Below the pieces are notes generated by a model. It had not been told where the DNA came from and made no database searches. It saw only the letters and a program-made list of their open reading frames with translations. The translations under genes were made by a program, and so were the position numbers. From positions 27,962,001-28,026,000 of the forward strand of contig OZ241833.1 in assembly GCA_965202585.1 (NCBI GenBank): a stretch of DNA of 64,000 nt, read 5' to 3'. This document shows, in pieces, positions 1-12,100 of the stretch. Numbering within the stretch: position 1 is the stretch's first letter; the number at the start of each line of letters is the position of its first letter. The stretch comes from Thalia democratica. Its lineage: Eukaryota.

Positions 1-68
1 TTTACACTTCTTATTAACAGTTTTACGACAAATTTATCAATGAAGTTTTTATTGAAATTTTTCCCAAG

Positions 69-173
69 GTGGAAAGCAAAATAAAGAAGCTAGAGGACGA
101 CTACCGGGCCAACATAGAGAAGCACAAGAAACACCGAATCAACTACGAATCGAAGATGACCCACAGTTGCGAT
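69..173 (+). CDS. FCHO: FCHo exon, F-BAR (VESKIKKLEDDYRANIEK...THSCD)
   Basis: cccaag|gtg ... gat|gttagt; phase 0/0. An in-frame upstream acceptor at 20/21 is possible. Confidence 0.8.
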
Positions 174-3100
174 GTTAGTATGAGTTTTAATAAGTTTGCA
201 TTTATTGTGATGAATATGTCTGTAAGTTTGTAAACTGGTGTCAATGATGACTCACAACAGTCGTTCAAGCTTGCAAAGTTGCTTTAGTATTTTTACAATA
301 ATTTTAGTAAAGCTCTTTTTTTTTGTGTGTATGTCTGCTGTTTATAACCACGAAAAATTGCAGAAATTTCAAGAAGTCGAAGAGTTCCACTTGGAAAAGA
401 TGAAGAAAATTTTAGACAAGTACGTTCTGTCCTTTGAAAATGCCAGCATCTTAATAAGCCAAGTAGGTTTAGTTTACAGCTAAATTTGTTGTCTTTTTTT
501 GGTTAATGTATCAGTTGCCATAATTAGTTATTCCTTTTTTATCTACCGTCCAAAAAGTAATAAAGTTAGTGCTAAGAAAAATACATTTTTATATATTATA
601 ACATTTTAAAGATTTTGATTTGTAAGTATTTTACATAATTTGTTTTTAAGCTTTGAATTAAAATCTTTCTTGGGTCTTGATTTTGTTATGTACTTTAAAG
701 TTTACAACAACAAAAGATCTTTGAAATATTATCAACTAGCTTTGGTTTTTAAAGCTTTCAGTTTTTTTAAGACTAATGATACATATTCTTTCGGCATAAG
801 TAGCTCAAAACAAATTATGAGTTTAAAAAACTCTTTAGTTTGAACTTATTAGTTTAGTACAAGATCATAACATTTGTGTTCTCAGGTTCACAGAGAAATT
901 CGCAGTAAAGTTGAGGAGAATAGCACTGCTGAGTTGATCAACAAGTACTGCAAATCAAAAGCCACCGGAATAAAGAGACCTCGTAAGTTTGTGTTATTAA
1001 TTCAATCATATTAAAAAAGTCTCGATTACCGAGTAAAATGCTTTGAAAATAAATAACAACTCTCGTAGTAGTTATTTGATAATAGGTTATTAATTACAGC
1101 AATGAATTGTGAATTTTTTGTTTGATATGTAGTTTTAATTTTAGCTAATAAAGAAAAACTTAGTTAGCACATTTTGAAACATCGGTGATGTTTGACAAAT
1201 GTGACAAAGGACATGAATAACTTTCATTTGCTATAAAATGTTTTAAAACTTAAGTTTTGTTAGCTTTTAAAATCCTTGCATTAATACAAAGCTATGTTAT
1301 TTTTAATTGTTGTGCTAACGTAGAAAGTCTAAATACTTCATTTGTGAAAGGCTATTTTAAAAAATAGTGATGCACTTTGATAATAAAATAGTATAAATCA
1401 CGATAAAGTTTAAAAAAGTAGTTTGTTTTATAAACTCTAGTTAATTTATGTTAGTTTAATGGAAGTATAGCTGTTGTCAAATAAGCTGTTGCTTAAATCA
1501 AAAGTAATTATAAAAATATGATGATCAAAATATTTATACAACGTCTTTTTCTACTGGCAATATTAAAAGTTAATAACTTAAAGCTAGTTGTATAACTAAA
1601 AATCTTAAACGTAAAAACTTAAGATTTTAATAAAAAAAAGAGTTTATGTACAGCACAAATTATGTAGATTATATAAAATTATCCACCCATATAATCTTTT
1701 TTTTTACAATTTTTAAATATTAAACCTACAAACCAATGAGTAGCTTAAATGTATATATTTTAAACAAAAAAAAAAGCGTAAGACTTATAAATAAAACCCA
1801 GGAATTAAAAAAAAAGATAATTTATTATAATAGAAAACATAATAAAAATAACAACACTAAGTTAATAGAAAAAATAACTTATCACAATAAATTTTTTTAT
1901 AGATTAAAAAAAAAATCTTTAAATAAAATCCAATAAACGTAAGTCAAGTTAATCAAACACATAAAAAATTTCTATTTAAACCAAACAAAAAAAAAACAGA
2001 AAGTACTAGAAACAGTTTTATATACTATTTTAATAAACAAAAATTATATTACTTGACAAAAAAAAAAATAAATTCTCTTATTTCAGCATGATTGTAATTA
2101 TTAAACCAATAGTTTTTTTGTCATGACTTAATAATGCGACTTTTTTGCTCATTTTTTTTCAAAAGCGTTCGACGAAAGTCTAGCGCCTTTTTTTACCCAA
2201 TTTTTTTAATAAAAGTAAATACCAATATATTTATCTATGATAATTTAATTAAAACATTTCAGCGCCGCTTCTCTTTGAGGACTACAAACCAAAAAGGGCG
2301 ACACCTAACGGCAGCAACCCGGCCAACACCCTGGCCACCAGCATACTCGTTCCCATAGAAACCGCCCCTTCGGCCGCCCAGCAACAGAACGGGCACCAGT
2401 CGCAGGGTGGCGGCAGCAAGCTGGGGTTGGGGAGCAGGCTGCCGTTCATCAGGGCGAAGAAGGAGAAGGGGAGCAAGGGACGGGGAAGCACCAGCAGCAA
2501 AACTTCGCAGAACGACCACAAGGAAGCCGTTTCGGGGTGAGAAAAAAATATCAGTTTGAAAGTTTTGTTTATATTTCTTTTAATTAAAAACCATTATCAA
2601 AAAGAAATATTTAGAAATTTTCTTAAACATTTGTTTGAGTTTGTTGAAGGCTAAGTTGTATGTACGTTTCGGGATGAGAAAATTGTTTGAGTGAAATTTC
2701 ACTTTTACCTTTGAAAATTTAGCAAGACGAGAGTTGTGGTGTTAAGAAATTAATGTTTTTCGTCAACTGCTTTTGAGATATTTTTAAAATTGAAGTATAA
2801 GTTTAATGTTCAGCTTGAGAATTTTACAAGTATTTAAATAAATTTATTGTTATAAATTTAATATTAAGAAGTTATCTTTCTAATTAAGATACTTTTATTT
2901 GTCTGTAGAGACTAAAGAAGTTTTTTTAATATGTTAACTGCTTTGAGAGTTTCTAAATTTTAAATTTGATAAAACTATAATATTGTATCATTTTTTTTTA
3001 CTTTTCAATTTAAAGAGGTAGGCTTTTCTAATGATCTATAAAATTTTTTAAGAGTTATAATTTTGATACCATTTTTTATGTATCTAAAAAGAGAGTTCTT

Positions 3101-6100
3101 TTATTATTATTTATAAACACTAACTTATACAAATATGCTACTAAAAAGCTTGCAATTTAAATTGTTTACAAAAAGTTTCATGGTTTCTAAAAACAAAAGT
3201 ATATAACTTAGTGTAACTTATTTTTAATGTAAAAAGTTTAGGCTGAGATGCTTCAATAGTTTTGTTAAATTGTTTTTAAGACATGAAAGAGAAAATGTTT
3301 TAACAACCTGAGTTGTAATTTTACTTAGCCAAACAGAAAAAACTGAATTCATATAATAAGCTTATTTGTAGTACTAGAAATTTAGATAAGTTTGGTGTGA
3401 ATAAAAATAATTAATGAACAATCAGTGAAAAATCATGTTGACAAATCAGATATATTCGATTTTTTATTTTACACTTTAATTATTTTATTAACTATTACGT
3501 ACGTTTTTTTTTATACTGATAATTTTTTACACAGTGGTTCTCCTGAAAAAGATGCCCAAAGCTTGGTTAGTGGTTTTTATTTTTCTAACAAACATGTTAA
3601 ATAATTTAAATATTTTTTTGTGTAAATTGTAAAACTATCTTGTATTTGTACATTGCGTTAAAGTCCAAATCTTCACATTTATATTTAAAAAATGTTACTT
3701 AATTAATAAAAATATTTTTTCTAGAATGTCGACGAAGAAGGGTACACTATCAGACCAGATCTAAAAGTAGTTTTTTTTTACAATTAAGTTTCGTAATTCT
3801 TGAATTTTAAGATTTTTTAACTCATATAAATGACCCATTAATATCTTTAACAATACTGAATGCGTGTTAAGTTTGAATATGTTATTTGTACAACACGATT
3901 TTCATTTCGGTAGACAAGTTGCGTTTTATTTTTGGACAATTATGACTAATTGCACAACAAGTATGACACATTTACAGTAATAACTTATGACATTTTTTGT
4001 TTAAACATTTTTTTGTCTACAAAACTCATAACTTTAGAAATTTTACGTTTTTGGTTATATTGTGTTTTTGTATATTGTATCTTCAAGCGTTTATTATTTA
4101 TTTTACGGCGTTTATTTACAAGCTAAACTAAAAAGTAAAAATAAAATGTAGAAAAATTATATTTTGTACTTGTTCACGCACATTTAACAGTTAACCTACT
4201 TAACCTTTTCCGCCCAAGTGTTTCAGTAACTATTAACTCGACAATTTACAAATTCGCGATTCACAACATTCGCGCTTACAACAGAGCGATCAGGCCAAGG
4301 CGGCTTCCGAGAAATCTTGGAAGTACGAAAGCTCCGACGACTCTTCGGATTCCGATGATGACGTCATAAGCAGGAAGATACACGTCAAAATTCGCCCGAA
4401 AGACGAGGTTATAATAGTTCATGTTTAAAGTTCAGATAAAACTTAACTAAAATAGTTTTGTGAATTTACGATGAGTAAAATGCTAGATAGCTTCAATCTT
4501 CTTTACATAAAAAGTTTGTGCACAGGTAAACAATAAGAAAGTGAAATTGTTTAAAAACTACATTTAAATAAACAGATAAATAAACAATGTTTTGATAGTT
4601 TAGTTGTATTAGGTAAGCAATAGTTGAATGTTACTTATCAAACCAGTTTTATTATTTTTTATAAGTCTAATTAATTAAAGTTAATTAGTCCAAATTTTGG
4701 CTTTGCTGTTTGCTATTTTTAGATTTTAAAGCTAAAATAACATTGAAAGCTATAGTTTTTGAGTTTGGTAGGTATTAAAAAACAGAAGAAAATTAAGGGC
4801 ATAGGGGGGTTAACACATTTTTTTTGAGATTTGATCTTATTTTACATAGGTTTTACTAAGCTACAAGATGCTTTTTACAGATTTTAAAAATTCAAAATAT
4901 TTTTTGAGATACAGCCGGTCAAAGTCAGAGGCAACAATAGGCTCCTTATAGGAAGCGCAAACTAAAACGGCAAAAATAGACTTTTTCACTAAAAATCTAC
5001 CTTCTCCTACGTTTTTTGAGATAACTACCTCAAACTTTCAGGAAGTATTTCTTGCAATATTTAGAAAATTCTGTCGGAACAAAATTTAAAAAAATTAAAA
5101 AATAAAAACTTTATAACAAAAAAAAACAAAAAGAACTGTTTTTTTTTGTTTATTTTTAATATAAAATTTTAATTCTTTCTGACAGAATTTTCTAAATATT
5201 GCAAGAAATACTTCCTGAAAGTTTGAGGTAGTTATCTCAAAAAACGTAGGAGAAGGTAGATTTTTAGTGAAATAGTCTATTTTTGCCGTTTAGTTTGCGC
5301 TTCCTATAAGGAACCTATTGTTGCCTCTGACTTTGACCGCCTATATCTCAAAAAATATTTTTAACTTTTTAAATCTGTAAAAAGCATTTTGTAGCTTAGT
5401 AAAAATCATATAAACTAAGATTAAATTTAAAAAAAAGGTGTTTACCCCCCTCCCCCCTATGCCCTTAAATTAACATCATTAAAGAGCAGTACTTAGAATT
5501 TTGACAGGTTAAAAAAAAATATTAAATTAATGCCTTGAGTCTCAAACTTTTAGTATTGTTTAGTGAAAAAACTTAGTTGTAGATGCAAAATTCAAATTCA
5601 AAACTTTGTATTGTAAATTGTGTTAAATATTGAACACAAAGTTAAATAAAAATTTAATTAAATCAAGTTTTTATTTTATTTATAAGAATAATGTATGCAT
5701 TTAAAGTTAAAGCTAATTTTTTTTAAACTTTAAAGCTCTTTTTATTAGATTAACTAAAACTATTTGTTCTCACACAAATGTGAGACAAACTTTCTAGCAG
5801 TATTTATAATTGAAATAACACAAATTTTAAGTTTTTTTGTATAAGCAATTTAAACTGTACTGAATTTTTTTCTAGTTAATATACTAATACAACGTATTTT
5901 TATCTTAAACTATTTTTGTTATTTTTACTAAATAGTTTACTTGTTTAAGAAAACTTACTATCTAAAAATTTATTTTAACAAACAGATAAAGTTTAGGCTT
6001 ACTTTAACTTAATCTAGTGCATAGTTTTAACTACGTGTATGTAAAACGGCTACTAACCTTGCAGAAAATCTTTTTTTTTGCCCATTTAAATTGAAAATTA

Positions 6101-9100
6101 ATTGCTTCTCTAACACGCAATAAACAGTTTAAACAGAACGTTTTTTAAAGTGCAATTTTTTTTATTGAACTTCAATGGTGCGAAATGCTCAACAGTTGAA
6201 TAGTTATATCAAATTTTTAAACAATTATTTTGAGATATATCTACTGCATATACAGTAAGTGGTTTTTTATTGTGCTGTGAATGAATAGAGGTTTACAACC
6301 CGTGACGCGTGTATAAATTTATTGACTAGATAAATGTTTTTTTGAGTTATATATTGCTTTATAGCTATTTAAGTATTCTTCTATTTTTCAAAACACCTAG
6401 AAAAACTGTTATCATAGTGTTTAAGACGGAATCTCATCATTGAAAAAATTTTCACTTGGTGCATCGGATTTATATTTACAATAAATTTTTAACTATCTAT
6501 AATTTCAAAAGATGCTTAGTTAAAATGTATACTTATCGATAATACACTCTAACTACTTATAAAAAGTATACAAAATTAATTTTCATGTTTTACTTCTAAT
6601 TAAATTTTTTTTTTTTGTAAAGGCAATACAAGCTGAATAAATTAATTTTCTTTCTATTCAGTATTTATTAAAGTTAATCAAGTATTTTTTTATACATTTC
6701 AGGCAATTCCAACCGACAACAATTTGGACGCATTGAATTCAATTAAAAACAAATTGACTCTATTGCCCGCTCCCAACCCATCTGTAAGTTGATATCAAAA
6801 TATTTTAATTATAAGTATTAATAGTTAACATGGAAAGTATGCCTTATTGCAGTTTCAAATAATAAGTATCTACATAACAAGAACATGTTTTTATTGTCGA
6901 CAATCTTTTTTTTAACTTGATTTTTTAAAGCTACCAGCTGAAGCACCCGTGATCAAATTGAATTAAAGTATACTTTTTTTTAATAAATTTTGCGTTTAAA
7001 AAGTATGTTTTCGTATTTGAATCATTCAGAAATTATTGTTTACAAATACTTTATTTTTTATTTTAAACCACATGAGTCGTTTTGCGTAAGCAAGTGTCAT
7101 GTGTAGCTGATTTAATACATCAAAAAGATTTAAAATATATTAAAATTAATGGAATAGACAATAAACTAGATTCGGTGGAAATTTTTTCAATTGTATTAAT
7201 TTTACCGCTTAAAAAGTTTTACTTGATCGTTTTTTACTGTTTTTTATTAATATTTTCAATATAAGTGTAAAGTAACTTTTTGTGCCTTTTATTTTTAACA
7301 AATAATCTGCATACACTTTAGTTAGTTTATATCTACACATTTTTTGAACCTCACTAGCTTAAGCCTTATTTAGTATGACTTTTTAGCAGTTTAAATTTTG
7401 TGCATAGTTTTAAAAACATTTTTTTCTGAGAACGGAGGTTTTATAATTTGAAAATATTTACTTTTAATGCATCAATTCAAATTATGTGGACAATTTAGAA
7501 AACTCTAGTTGTTCTGTATAGCCTACCGGTGAGATTCTATCTATTATCAGTGTTGTATTTGTGTGGTAACATGTAATTTTATATTAGCTGTGTTTTTTAC
7601 CGAATCAAAGTTAACTTTTCAAACTAAATTTTGACTTAGTTTTTATAATTTAAAAACTATTTTACTAAATTTTTTTTAATCAGTTTGTGTTTTTAAAACA
7701 AGTTGCATGAGTTTTTAATGTTTAACTGCTGATCAACTAAAAAATTGATTGACACATATTTGATTTAAACTTTTTAATTGCACAGCATATGATTGTGTTA
7801 AATGACTTACATAAACTTATTTACTATTGTTTTATTACTAAAAGTTTACGTATTAAAAACTTAATTTTTTTACACAGAACACGAAAAAATCACGTGAGTT
7901 TTGTTTTTTAGTATGTTAAAGTTATTTTTTAAATTTCAATATTTTTTTCAAGAACTTTAAGAAAAATTTATTAATAAAAATAAGTATATTGAGGCTTTTA
8001 AAGTAAAGTACAATATGAGTTTAATTTTAAATACCCAAAACAGACATTTATTTAATTTTTCAATAACATTTTTAACTGTACATCACGGTCAGAAATCCAC
8101 TCACAATACCGACAACCAGTGAAGTCATAAAAATAAAACACACTGTTCTCGCAAGGTTGAAATTGGCGCGAAATCATGTGTTTAACTTTCAAATAAAAAG
8201 TAAACGTAAGGTTTACAAGTGACTACTCAAATACGATCTCAGCATTCTTGCGGGTTGATAAAAAAATATTGCAGCTTATTTGCATGTTACAACATGTTAA
8301 AGCTGTTATTTTTCGGGCGAACTGCATCATTACGTCACAACGGCCAAATGTTGCAGACAGGGTTTCACCTACACATCGAAATAATAAATGAGTATAAAAT
8401 GCTTCAGTGGAATGTTGTTGTTTGTAGTGCAGCAACTTTCTGTGCGCGAGCTTCCAATTTCTCATTACGTGTTGTGCAAACACACTAGGGAGTTTTTGTT
8501 CAGTTTTTTGTTTGTTTTTTTTTTGGGAGCCTTTGCGAAAAATTAATGACGCCTTTTTTCTTCGTTGTTAAAACTTAACGTCGGAAAAAGTAAACCATGT
8601 ATTTATAACTTATTATAACATAAGCATTTTTACATATACAACTAATAAATATTTTTTTCGGCAAAGTTAGCTTAGTTTATCAAGTTCTTAAATCTTAATA
8701 TTGTAAAATATTATTAAACTTGTACACTATATTTTCATGCTATTTATACATATTAAAAAATAAATATTATCACTAAATGTATTTTTATACCGAAACGTTT
8801 TGTTAATTTTAAATCTGAATTTTTTTTTTGTGGAAAGTACAATAAACAAAATGTAGCAAAAGTACATCATAGTTTGCAAAACAATATGCTATTATTGTAA
8901 TAAAAAAACACCTGTAAAATTGCATTTTCTATCGATCAGTAACAGCTCACCAAGTTATAGATCATATTTTTATATATTTATTTAGAGTAAAACATTCATG
9001 TCATTCATTCAACATTTCAATGCATCTCAGTCGCACAAATGCTTTCTTTTTCACCAAACCATAAAAATTCAACGTTTGTGTTCAATTAGCAAATTTTACT

Positions 9101-12100
9101 CGGCCCGATCGCTAAACTTAATTTTCTCATTTTGTTTGTTTGACAATTTGCACGCAAAATAATTCGCAAAGTCATTATCGGAACTTCGTTGTTTTTTGAA
9201 CTTGAGAAACAACAGGTAACTTAATTAAGTATGCTTTTTATAAATACAGCAGTTCCTACGCTAAGAATAAACTTTCCTTAAAGAGAAACATTAAAATGAG
9301 ATTTGTGGTAGTTAAGCTTTTAAGGGTGTAGAAGGTATTATTGCGGCCCGAGTTAATTCTGATTGTTTGCCTGCATTTATTTTAATGATAATACTTATAA
9401 ATGTTGATTTTTGCCTTTCAACACGATGGTTCATTAACACTCACTGTAATAAGTCATATAAAGTAAAACTGTAAGCGTACCTTACACAAGAAGTAGATGC
9501 TAACAAAAACTAGACGTGCTAAAAAACGCACAAATTATAAAACGGTAAGATAAGTTAAAGATAACTAACAGCATACTTTTTTTCCCTAAAAATGTCTCGA
9601 TGCTTACACTTTTGACAATAAAACTGGTTTTCAAACTGTTCCGGTTACAACTGAGAGCTTTTATAAATTTGTGCTTTCCAAAAGTTAATGTCTATTTTAA
9701 ACAGAAGTAAAAGTATTACTCCTTTTTGGGTACAGACTTGTTTGTTGTTTTAATGATAAGTTAAAGGCGTTTATTTTTGCATATAAAGTTTTACAACAAA
9801 AAGTAAACTATATTTTAAAAGAATCTTTTTATTTACCTTTTCGTAAACCTTTTTAATTGTTAATAAAATATAATACTTTATTACAACGTGCTTCCTGCAC
9901 TACATGTTCAATTTCATTTTGGTTAAAATAAAAGCTGTCGTTTTATACATTAATTTAATTTATCACAAGTTCGTTGCTATTTTGTAGTTTTACTAAAGAA
10001 ACTAATTTGGTTATATTAATGTACTGCGTAGAATCATCAATAGCTTACACATATCTAAGTTGTAGTTTTATGATCCGACTTAAAGTTAAAAAATCAGTTT
10101 ACCGTTGTTTTATTTAAAAGTTTTTTTATAATGTGTAAAGTTTTAGTTCGTTAAACTAATTCCTTAGAATATATATTCATAATATTTATTTTTGAATTTA
10201 TATTACTAAATTACATTAAATACATATAAATATTTTAGCAAAACTTATGTACTATTTCATTAACAAAAAATTCTTATAACTGTAGAAGGTAGAAAAATCG
10301 TTCATGTTTTGCCACTAGTTTCTATTTTAATTTCCTAAGTTCAAATAAACCCTAACTAAAATTAGCTAAGCACTAGAATAAGCACGTGATTTGTTTTTTA
10401 TCATATACCAATTAGCTTCAGACACGTTTATTTTAATTAATTCAGTACATCTTTAATTTTGTTTACAATTTATTGTTAAATCAAAGCAAGCAACTTCGCC
10501 AAAAACTCCCCGACAATATCTAATTCCTCGCCAAAACACTACGATTTTCCGTCGCTCGAAGCAGAATTCCCCGAAACTCTCAAAAATTCCCCGAGTCCCG
10601 CCGGTTGGGACGAGCCGTGGTCTTCTCCGATTAAGGAGCCCGAAAATTCCCCTAAGCAGCAACAAGCGGGTTTCGACAACTCGTTCGTCACCGAGGCGGA
10701 TAATCAGGCCGGTAAACCGAGGCAGGGAAGCAGCAGCTCTCTGAGGCGAAGCAACGCGTTCCTCTTAAGCCGGAGGCGGCGCAAAAAGCTCTCCAACTCG
10801 ACGTCGCTCCCCGAAAGTATTGAAAGCGGGGGATCCCCTCAGCGAGAAGAACAAAAAGCCCCGGAGGCGAAACCGAGGAGGTCGCTGAAGCGGAGGCCGA
10901 GTTCTTTGCAGGTGTCGAGGGCCAGAAGTCAGTTGAAAATATCAGGAATGCTGAAATACTTGATCTGAAAAATCACCATGATCACGTGACTTGATAAGTG
11001 TGTGGTGTGTAGATTAACTGCCAGCCTGATTAGTTTTGATTGGATGAAAACTTTTTTTTCTTTCCGGTAGCTGTCACCTCTGACCGGTTAAGGCGCTTTT
11101 TGTGAGCGCCTTACATCGGAAGGAGGTTTTAGCTGAATAAGTTTTTGAGGCTCCTGTGTAGTTCTAATCAGATCTTTTATTTTTTCTGATCAGTATAACA
11201 CGTTTTAAATAATTTTTTTTTTCAATACTGACTAAATGGGAATTTTGTTTTATATTATACTGTACGTAGTTGTATGAAAGCATGGTATAAAGTTTTTTAA
11301 TTGTTTTTTCAAATGTAATTGATCAGTTTATTAATAAAAATTTTTGTACTAAAACGTTATATTAAAATAAAGTTTTTTTTTTAAACTCACCATGTTTGGT
11401 AAAATTTTTATTTCAGTATTAATATAACAATTTTTTGGTGCACATTATGTTTTCTAGTAAAGTGTTTTTGTTTTTAGAAGCATGTAACCTAAACATTTTT
11501 GTTTTATAACTTCTTCCTGAATTAAATAAAATATTTAAATTAAATAAAGCGGCCCATCATAACGTATCAATGTCATCACCGTGCGTTTTCTTATTGTTTT
11601 TTAATTTTTTTCTGTATAGTTGGCCTTATTGGGTTGTAGTTACTCATTACTGTGTTAACTTAGTCATCTCAATTACCAGTACTTAGGAAGTGTTTTTAAA
11701 GTAAATCATATATTATAAAACATAAACTTTGATCAAGTTAATCAAAAAAATATATGTACATTTTTTTATAGATATTTTTTTCTTAGTTTGGTTGTAACTT
11801 TTCCAGCTAATATTATACAAGTTTTATTTTTATAATTCCAATGTTTAAACAACTATTGGTTACTTCTCGATGTAATTAGCAAAAGTTTAATTACTAATCG
11901 TTATATAAAATGTATACTGATTTTCTATAATGAATTGTATATATTAAACCAGTGGTGGAGTTTTCATTGCTCGATTCGTCCATTTTCACATTCATTTGTA
12001 AATTTTAAGTTTTATACTGAATTATATTCACAACACTTCAGTTTTTGTACTTTTAAGTAACAGCAAAATATCGTAAGTTTGCGTTTGACTCAATAACTTG

